Shown here in pieces: positions 1 through 6,802 of a stretch of DNA of 13,282 nucleotides; position 1 is the first letter of the stretch; every line of letters starts with the position of its first letter. The notes beneath the pieces were generated by a model, which saw only the letters and a list, made by a program, of their open reading frames with translations, searched no databases and was not told the origin of the DNA. The position numbers were made by a program, and so were the translations under genes. The DNA comes from an uncultured archaeon. Lineage in GTDB: Archaea; Asgardarchaeota; Lokiarchaeia; Sigyniarchaeales; Promethearchaeaceae. The DNA is taken from positions 1-13,282 of the forward strand of contig CAYRPF010000033.1 of the NCBI GenBank assembly GCA_964426185.1, read 5' to 3'.

Positions 1-2
1 AA

Positions 3-1721
3 GAGAAAAGGAAATCAATAAGTAAAGTTTTTTACATGCTAATGAACGGAGACATCGAGAATGTAGAGTTCTATTCTAATATAATAATTACAAAAAAAAA
101 AGAAAAACGCATGATAAAATGGTATAATTCCTTATTAATTGATGATAATGAAAAAATTGTCGGAGTTTTGAGTTCTGGAACAGATGTCACAGAACTAAGC
201 AAAGCTCAAGAAAATCTGGAAAAAAATCGAGAAATGTTGCGAATAACTCTCAATTATTCTCCATTAGCTATTATTTCGAATGATCTTAACGACGTTATTA
301 CAAATTGTAATGATGCTGCAGTAAAATTATTTCATGCCCAATCAGAACAAGAATTAATTGGTAAAAATTACATATCCCTTTTTGAAGAAAATGATCATAA
401 AAAAATTGCTCTGAATTTAAAAAAAATTCGAGATGTGGGCAAAAGGAAATGCTTGCGGTATAATTTTAAACGTTTAGATGGTTCTACTTTTCCAGGAGAA
501 CTTTCTGTAAGTTTAATTTATGATTCACAAAAAAAACCGTTTGGAATTGTTTCAATCATTCAAAATATTTCCCGAAGAATAATAAGTGAAGAGACACAGA
601 TAAAAAACCAAAAATACCAAGCACTATCTTTAATGGCTGGCGGAATTGCCCATGATTTAAACAACGCACTAATGATTATTCAAGGAAATTTGGATCTAAT
701 TAAATTGAATGTTAAATCCGAAGAAATCAAAGAAATGATTCTTGATATGGAAAATAGCATTGAAAATATTAAGCAAAGCGTTAATTTTCTAATGTTTTAT
801 GGAAAACCTATTATAAAAAAAAGGCTAAATTACAATGTTAACAAGATAATTCAATTGTCAGTTAAATTTGTATCTCATGGATCCTCAAATGTTTTTATAA
901 TAGACACTGCAGAATTCCCTCTTAAAGTAGAATGTAATAGAAGCCAAATTTCACAAGTAATCACGAATATTTTGATCAATGCAGATCAATCAATGCCCAA
1001 TGGAGGAGAAATTAGGGTTAAATCATGTCTTATAAAAGCAACTGAAATTAAGGAGAAATATCCACAAGTCTTGAATAAAAGTCGGGATTATGTAGTAATT
1101 TCAGTGAAAGATCAAGGTGAAGGCATAGATCCCAAAATTGCACCTTTTATCTTTGACCCATATTATACTACAAAAGAAACAGGTCATGGAATCGGTTTAG
1201 CCACTTCTCTTGCGATAATTAAAAATCACAAAGGATATATGTTTTTTGAAAGTAAGAAAGGTATTGGAACCACTTTTTATATTTTTTTACCTCTTTCTTC
1301 TAAAAGTAGAGAAATTCATAAGCAGAATAGCAACCTTCAAAAAGGGAGTAGAGATTTTTCTAACAAGCGAATTTTGATTATGGATGATGATGTTTTTGTT
1401 CAAAAAATAATTACAAAAATGATGAAACATCTTAAAATTACTGCAAAAATTGTTCCAAACGATAAAGTATGCATAGAAGAATTTAAAGCAGCACATTTAA
1501 AGAAAAATTACTATGATTTAGTAATACTGGATAATGTCATAACCGGTGGTAAATCTGGAAAAGAGGTAATTAAAGAATTAAAAAAGATTGATCCTAAAGT
1601 TAAAGTGGTATTATCCAGCGGAACTTTCTTTCAAAATTTTGCTGATTTAGGATTTATCGATCAAATTCAAAAACCTTATGTATTGGACCAAATTAAAGAG
1701 ATTTTGAAGAAACACTTGTAA
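3..1721 (+). CDS. PAS-domain hybrid sensor histidine kinase/response regulator (5'-partial)
   Basis: The frame is open from base 3 (EKRKSISKVFYM...), so the gene probably starts upstream of the window. It has a PAC remnant (WYNSLL...GTDVTE), a PAS domain (NDAAVKLF...IQNIS), H-box IAHDLNNAL, N-box QVITNILINA, G1 DQGEGI, F-box IFDPYYTTK and G2 GHGIGLA. The C-terminal receiver has ILIMDDD, LVILD, LSSG and QKPY. Confidence 0.95.
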   Translation, partial: EKRKSISKVFYMLMNGDIENVEFYSNIIITKKKEKRMIKWYNSLLIDDNEKIVGVLSSGTDVTELSKAQENLEKNREMLRITLNYSPLAIISNDLNDVITNCNDAAVKLFHAQSEQELIGKNYISLFEENDHKKIALNLKKIRDVGKRKCLRYNFKRLDGSTFPGELSVSLIYDSQKKPFGIVSIIQNISRRIISEETQIKNQKYQALSLMAGGIAHDLNNALMIIQGNLDLIKLNVKSEEIKEMILDMENSIENIKQSVNFLMFYGKPIIKKRLNYNVNKIIQLSVKFVSHGSSNVFIIDTAEFPLKVECNRSQISQVITNILINADQSMPNGGEIRVKSCLIKATEIKEKYPQVLNKSRDYVVISVKDQGEGIDPKIAPFIFDPYYTTKETGHGIGLATSLAIIKNHKGYMFFESKKGIGTTFYIFLPLSSKSREIHKQNSNLQKGSRDFSNKRILIMDDDVFVQKIITKMMKHLKITAKIVPNDKVCIEEFKAAHLKKNYYDLVILDNVITGGKSGKEVIKELKKIDPKVKVVLSSGTFFQNFADLGFIDQIQKPYVLDQIKEILKKHL

Positions 1722-1725
1722 TATC

Positions 1726-1733
1726 TTTTTTTT
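1726..1733 (+). terminator. putative oligo-T terminator of the kinase gene
   Basis: T8 run 4 nt after the TAA, followed by further T-rich sequence, as in archaeal oligo(U) terminators. Confidence 0.45.
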
Positions 1734-1797
1734 AGTTTAGTTTTAGTTCTTTCTTATATTTCCATTTCTAATTTCCATACAGTAGTAATTCCCTTTA

Positions 1798-1985
1798 TCA
1801 GTTGTTTCTTTTATTTAAAGCATTTAGTAAAACTATGGCAGAAATGGATTCAACAACTGGTAAAATGCGAGGTACTATACAAGGGTCATGTCGACCAGGG
1901 ATTTCTAAAATTTCCATCTGTTTGTTCTGGAAATTTAACGTTTTTTGGGCTTTCTTAATTGAAGCGGTTGGTTTAACTGCGATTG
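1798..1985 (-). pseudogene. aroC: orphan 3' fragment of chorismate synthase
   Basis: Minus-strand translation IAVKPTASIKKAQKTLNFQNKQMEILEIPGRHDPCIVPRILPVVESISAIVLLNALNKRNN, then TGA (1800-1798) and TAA. It has no 5' part of the gene. Confidence 0.85.
1805..1985. repeat. 181-bp direct repeat, copy 1 (aroC 3' end)
   Basis: Ungapped match to 4714..4894 at offset 2909, with 4 mismatches (1828, 1833, 1853, 1977). Confidence 0.97.
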
Positions 1986-2085
1986 GTTATGTTTCAACGA
2001 TCACAGATAATTGAAGTTTAAAGAAGCCTTGAAAAATGAAAAGCCGTACGATTTAATCTCATCTATGACCTTCTTTAAGTGCATT

Positions 2086-4620
2086 TCATATATTGAAATT
2101 TCTAATAAAATCTCGGATTTCCTTGTCTAGATGAATGCGTTTAAACCTTTCTCCTAAGGTTAATTTTTTGAATTCATCGTATCCTTGCTCCTTTTTCATA
2201 TAAGAAAGAAATTTTAATTCCGATGAAACTCTTTTCTTTAATTTTTGGTTATTTAAGTGCACTGCGATATTTATGCTATCTTTTAGTACTTTTGCTGCTT
2301 CATCAAGATGAAATTGTGTGATTGAAATTTTTGCATATAGGATAGAAAGTTCTAAAAGTTCATATCTTACATGAAATTCACGAGATATAACAATCAAGTG
2401 GCCCAAGTGTTTCCTCAAATCAAGGATTAAAGTTTCATCATTAGATGTGAGAATTAATGTCACTAAAAACTCACAGAGATGAAGTAAAGCGGCATGTGTA
2501 ATTGTAGAATCAATAATACTCTCTTCGGTTACTTGTTCAAGAAGGAAAACTGCTTTCATTTGATCCCTATGTTTCCCGCTAAGCGAAAGCAAAAGACCTT
2601 CCACAATTTTTGCAGTTTGAATTATTATATCATCTTTAGCAGTTTTCCGCATTTCAAATAATTTCTCAGCATAGAAGCGGGTTTTTTCTATATCGGTTTC
2701 TAAAAATAGCAATACCAATTTATACAAGATCCAATAAGATTGCAGTTCATTTCCTTCTTTTTTAAAAGAATTCAATCCTTTTTCATAATAATGGAGAGCA
2801 TTGTCCAATTTGTCTATAGCATGATAAATGCCTCCGATTTCGCCATAAATTATTCCTAAAAATTGGGGGTGATTGATTTTTTCAAATAAATTCAAAGCTT
2901 TTTTATATAGATAGAGCGCTAGATTTAAATCAAGAATTTCTACAGCGATCTTTGCTTTTCGTGCTAAACTTATAGCTAAACATTCTTCATCGTCATTATT
3001 TTTTGCTAGATTCTCACATTTATCATAATAATCTAATGCCTCGGATAAAACACCCTTTTTCTTATAAAGATCCCCAATTAAATAATATAAACGAGCTAAT
3101 TCAGTTTTTTCTCCATGAATTTCAAATTTTTCTTTGGCTTGTAAATAATATTTCTCAATTTTTTTAAGGTCTTCTTTTTGAAAGGAAAGAAGGAAACCTA
3201 TACGCATATTGGTTTTTCCCGAAAAAATATCCATTTTCGAAAGATCTTGAATACATTTTAAATTAAATAAACTCTGGTTGAATAAATCAACGCTTTGAGG
3301 TAAGTTGCCTGAATGAAAGGCATTCCATCCTTTACGCTGGTTTATCCAGGCAGTATACTCAGCTTTTAAAACTGGGGGTAAATCTTGCGAAATTTGTAAG
3401 GCTTCATCATAGATTATCTGAGCTGAAGCATTTTCCTCTATAGATTCATAAAATAATGAATAGAGTATCCGATTTTCTATTAAAAGTTCTATAAACGAAA
3501 AATCTTTTAGGATGTCAAAGCTTTTCTCAATCTGTTCTTTAATTTTTTCGAAATTCACTTCTTTTCGGTCTTTTTTACCCAATAAAAGATTTAATTTTGC
3601 AGACATCATTTCAATTATGGCTTTTCGAATTAGATAGTTATTAGAATGGGGTAGACTTTCCATTTCTTGAGGAATTTGACATTGTGCCAGTTTAAGACAC
3701 ATGCTGTATTCATCAAAATTCCTTAATATCCAATCGCTTAAACCAAGGGATGCGTCGAATAACTTAAAGGCGGTTTCAAAAACCATAATCATGCCTGTAT
3801 ATGCTGCGCTTTGAATTAAATTCAGCACCGAATCTATATATAATACAGAATCAGAGATATATTTAGTAAACTCAAACGCTTTTTCTGCGAATTGATTAGC
3901 TAATGGAATTTTTTCCAATTTTTGACAAATATAACTTCCTATTAAATAGTATTTCACGCGATCAATGTCAGAAAAGGGGAAATCCTCCTTAATTTTCTCC
4001 CATTCAGAAAAAGCAGTTTCAAATTTTCGTAAACATATGTAAAGTAGAAGTCTTTGCAACAATTTTGGGATGTTATCTAATCCAAGCCATGATTTTATAT
4101 CATTAGAAGAATATTTTCCAGAAAATTGGATAAATCCAGGGATAAATGTGGGTATAATCTGATTACTTTGGATAATAATGGAATTTACTTCATCATAGAA
4201 AATTAGGAAAATTTTCTCAAAAGCTGATTTAATGCTAGCAAAATTTGGGTTTTCTTTAGCGTTCTTTAAGAATAAGATATCAATTTCGGGTAAGTTTTGA
4301 AACTCTTTTATATATTTTTCAATTAATTGACTAAATAAGGCTTCTTCTTGTGGTTGGATAAGGCCATCTCCCGCCCATATTGAAAGCATACAATCGATAG
4401 AGCCACCTCTTGCATTGAGAGAATCTATAGGAAAAATTGTGTTATATGTGTGTATATCATGAAAATTATACTCAAAATGAATATACTCAGAATAAATATC
4501 TAACAATGAATTAATTTGCTCCAAATTTTCACTATCTATAGGAGGTTTTACCATAAAGGTCGTAGGCCCCACAGTTGTATCAAAATAAGTGAAAATTACA
4601 GATAAATCAGAAAATTCCAT
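2086..4620 (-). CDS. tetratricopeptide-repeat protein with N-terminal uDENN/longin-like domain
   Basis: 844-aa ORF. The N-terminus has IFTYFDTTVGP (aa 9-19) and IDSLNARGG..MLSI (aa 65-81). Residues ~420-640 are TPR-like, e.g. LARLYYLIGDLYKKKGVLSEALDYYDKC and IIYGEIGGIYHAIDKLDNALHYYEKGL. Confidence 0.85.
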   Translation of the reverse strand: MEFSDLSVIFTYFDTTVGPTTFMVKPPIDSENLEQINSLLDIYSEYIHFEYNFHDIHTYNTIFPIDSLNARGGSIDCMLSIWAGDGLIQPQEEALFSQLIEKYIKEFQNLPEIDILFLKNAKENPNFASIKSAFEKIFLIFYDEVNSIIIQSNQIIPTFIPGFIQFSGKYSSNDIKSWLGLDNIPKLLQRLLLYICLRKFETAFSEWEKIKEDFPFSDIDRVKYYLIGSYICQKLEKIPLANQFAEKAFEFTKYISDSVLYIDSVLNLIQSAAYTGMIMVFETAFKLFDASLGLSDWILRNFDEYSMCLKLAQCQIPQEMESLPHSNNYLIRKAIIEMMSAKLNLLLGKKDRKEVNFEKIKEQIEKSFDILKDFSFIELLIENRILYSLFYESIEENASAQIIYDEALQISQDLPPVLKAEYTAWINQRKGWNAFHSGNLPQSVDLFNQSLFNLKCIQDLSKMDIFSGKTNMRIGFLLSFQKEDLKKIEKYYLQAKEKFEIHGEKTELARLYYLIGDLYKKKGVLSEALDYYDKCENLAKNNDDEECLAISLARKAKIAVEILDLNLALYLYKKALNLFEKINHPQFLGIIYGEIGGIYHAIDKLDNALHYYEKGLNSFKKEGNELQSYWILYKLVLLFLETDIEKTRFYAEKLFEMRKTAKDDIIIQTAKIVEGLLLSLSGKHRDQMKAVFLLEQVTEESIIDSTITHAALLHLCEFLVTLILTSNDETLILDLRKHLGHLIVISREFHVRYELLELSILYAKISITQFHLDEAAKVLKDSINIAVHLNNQKLKKRVSSELKFLSYMKKEQGYDEFKKLTLGERFKRIHLDKEIRDFIRNFNI

Positions 4621-4697
4621 TATAAAATCAATTTAATAGGATATAAGAAAAAATTTTTGATAATGAATTATTTGCTGTGGAATAGTTTGGATGAATT

Positions 4698-6641
4698 TTA
4701 AATTTCAAGGAAATTTCTTTTATTTAAAGCATTTAGCAAAATTATGGCAGAAATGGATTCAGCAACTGGTAAAATGCGAGGTACTATACAAGGGTCATGT
4801 CGACCAGGGATTTCTAAAATTTCCATCTGTTTGTTCTGGAAATTTAACGTTTTTTGGGCTTTCTTAATTGAAGCGGTTGGTTTAATTGCGATTGAAAAAC
4901 TTATAGGCATTCCCGTAGTAATTCCTCCCACAATTCCTCCTGAATGATTGGTAATGGTTTCAATTTCCCCGTTTTCACACACAAATGGATCATTATGCTC
5001 GCTTCCGTGCATTTCTGCAGCCGCAAACCCTGTTCCAAATTCAACACCCCGTACACCGGGAATTCCAAAAATGGCTTGCACCAGTTGAGATTCTAAAGAT
5101 TGAAACCAAGGATCCCCAATTCCTTTTGGGAAGTTCAGCACAATTACCTTGATTATGCCCCCAATTGAATCTCCCTCTTGCTGGACCTTTCTAACTTCGG
5201 AAAGCATCTTTTCAGCAATGTTTAAATCAGGATTTCCAATATAACACAGATATTTGGATATATTATAACCATCATTATTTGATTTAGAATTTTCTTCTGG
5301 ATGGGTCAGGATATCTACTCTCTTATCGTGAAATTTGATGAGTTCTTTGGGATTGTATTCATTGTCATCCTTAATTTTCCCGATTTTGGTGATGTATGCA
5401 ATTATGTGAATATCTTGGGCAGATAACATCTGTAAAGCAACTGCTCCACCCATAACGTATGCGGCAGATAGTCTTCCCGAAAAAAATCCACTACCTTTTA
5501 AATTAATATTCTCACCAAATCGCAATTTCGCAGGATAATCCACATGAGAAGGGCGGGGTATTTTCTTAAACAGTTGATAATCTCTTGAATTTACATCTTG
5601 ATTCTTGATAATCATGCGGACGGGTTTTCCATCTGTAAATCCGTTTTGTATGCCATTAGTAATGATAAAATTATCCAGCTCCTTTCGTGAAGATACTATT
5701 TCATTAAATCCGGGTCTTCTCAATTGCAGCATGGTTCGGATTAATGAAAAATCCAATCTAATGCCCCTTTTAATTCCTTTTATAATACAACCGATTTTAT
5801 ACCCATGTGATGTACCAAACCCAGCCACAGAAAAGGAATTTCCCAAGATCATGCTTTGAAAAATTTCCATTCCTTGTAAAAAACTTTTTAGAGAAATCTG
5901 GTTTGGTGCTGTTGTACAGTCTTTGTCAAATGCGACATAGTTTAGGGTATTACCCAAATAAGCCCCTGCTATTCGGGAAAAATGTGAATGGGGGCCTGTA
6001 GCAAAAATCGTAATGGGAACTGCTGAGTGTGAACTTAAGATCTCAAGTTGAAACTGCTCAAATCGCTCTATTTCTTCGTATTCTTCTCTTTCTCTCTCTT
6101 CTATTTCTTTTTCTTTTGGTTCTTTTTCTTCTCGTAATGATCCAGACCTTACCGAAAAGACAATCTTTGGGTAAATCCCTTCGATTTTTAAAAGTTCATC
6201 TAGTTTTTGCCGAAATATAGCCAGATTTTCGGGCAATAAGGCGTGATATGATACAATAATTTTACTAGAAGAAGCATGAAGCGCTTCTTGCGTGAATTTA
6301 GCGTTATTCAAGATATTGTCAAATTTTTGGAGGTTACTCCATTCAATATCAATGAAATCGAAGTTCAATTCCAGCGCAGTTTGAAATAACTCTCTTCGCA
6401 AAATATCGGTATAATTATGAACACCACCCTCTTTATAATCCCGAATGGTTAATATTAAAGGCTTCTTACTGCAATTTTTAATGTATTTAAGTAATTTCTT
6501 TGAAATTTGCTGGGGGTGCAGATAATCCAATCGAATTTCGATTATATCGATTTCAGAAACTGCGTTTATTGCCTCGATTCGTGCAAATAATTCATTGTGA
6601 GAATTAAAACTAAAACAACCAACTATATTTTTTTTTGGAAT
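4698..6641 (-). CDS. aroD-aroC: fused type I 3-dehydroquinate dehydratase (AroD) / chorismate synthase (AroC)
   Basis: One ORF. The AroD part (~6641-5853) has DIIEIRLDYL, LTIRDYKEGG, DFIDIEW, IIVSYH, PKIV (Schiff-base Lys), SRI and TAPNQ. The AroC part (5852-4698) has FGTSHG, RRPG, PRPSHVD, FSGRL, GDSIGG, IPGVRGVEFG, TNHSGGIVGGIT, KPTAS and GRHDPC. The start is uncertain: the TTG at 6530 falls inside the EIRLD motif, the frame is open to 6695, and ATT at 6641 is proposed. Confidence 0.92.
   Translation of the reverse strand: MPKKNIVGCFSFNSHNELFARIEAINAVSEIDIIEIRLDYLHPQQISKKLLKYIKNCSKKPLILTIRDYKEGGVHNYTDILRRELFQTALELNFDFIDIEWSNLQKFDNILNNAKFTQEALHASSSKIIVSYHALLPENLAIFRQKLDELLKIEGIYPKIVFSVRSGSLREEKEPKEKEIEEREREEYEEIERFEQFQLEILSSHSAVPITIFATGPHSHFSRIAGAYLGNTLNYVAFDKDCTTAPNQISLKSFLQGMEIFQSMILGNSFSVAGFGTSHGYKIGCIIKGIKRGIRLDFSLIRTMLQLRRPGFNEIVSSRKELDNFIITNGIQNGFTDGKPVRMIIKNQDVNSRDYQLFKKIPRPSHVDYPAKLRFGENINLKGSGFFSGRLSAAYVMGGAVALQMLSAQDIHIIAYITKIGKIKDDNEYNPKELIKFHDKRVDILTHPEENSKSNNDGYNISKYLCYIGNPDLNIAEKMLSEVRKVQQEGDSIGGIIKVIVLNFPKGIGDPWFQSLESQLVQAIFGIPGVRGVEFGTGFAAAEMHGSEHNDPFVCENGEIETITNHSGGIVGGITTGMPISFSIAIKPTASIKKAQKTLNFQNKQMEILEIPGRHDPCIVPRILPVAESISAIILLNALNKRNFLEI
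4714..4894. repeat. 181-bp direct repeat, copy 2 (within the intact aroC 3' end)
   Basis: 177/181 identical to 1805..1985. Confidence 0.97.
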
Positions 6642-6647
6642 AAATTT

Positions 6648-6673
6648 TCCCCCTACTGTTATGCTATATTTAA
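6648..6673 (-). promoter_or_regulatory. putative TATA box (TTAAATA) and purine-rich SD-like GGGGGA upstream of aroD-aroC
   Basis: The minus strand reads CCTTAAATATAGCATAACAGTAGGGGGAAAATTT-ATT. TATA-like at 6673-6667, G5 at 6653-6649. Confidence 0.4.
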
Positions 6674-6802
6674 GGTTATACTCAAATACTACACATTAAT
6701 GATATATTTCTATCAACAATATACTTCTATAATTCATTTCAATATTATTATTCAATAATAAATTTCCATAATACACTCCAATGCTAACTCTAAATTCTGA
6801 TA

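Noticed and set aside
1743-1778. Tiny minus-strand ORF (MEIRNGNIRKN) after the orphan aroC stop
   Set aside because: Only 11 codons in low-complexity DNA, with no evidence that it is a leader peptide or gene remnant.
1795-1800. TGA read-through (selenocysteine) at the orphan aroC end
   Set aside because: The TGA is immediately followed by TAA, lies at the natural end of the protein, and does not align to a Cys.
1802-2014. 70-aa plus-strand ORF, and its 67-aa twin at 4744..4947, looking like a small paralogous protein pair
   Set aside because: Both are antisense shadows of the duplicated aroC 3' end; their similarity is explained by the DNA repeat.
1805-4894. Diversity-generating retroelement TR/VR pair
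   Set aside because: The four mismatches are not confined to adenines of one copy on either strand, no reverse transcriptase is in the window, and the target is a conserved enzyme.
6628-6636. A9 homopolymer frameshift or phase variation explaining the missing aroD start
   Set aside because: The upstream out-of-frame ATG (6696), GTG (6694) and TTG (6685) all reach stops before the run.
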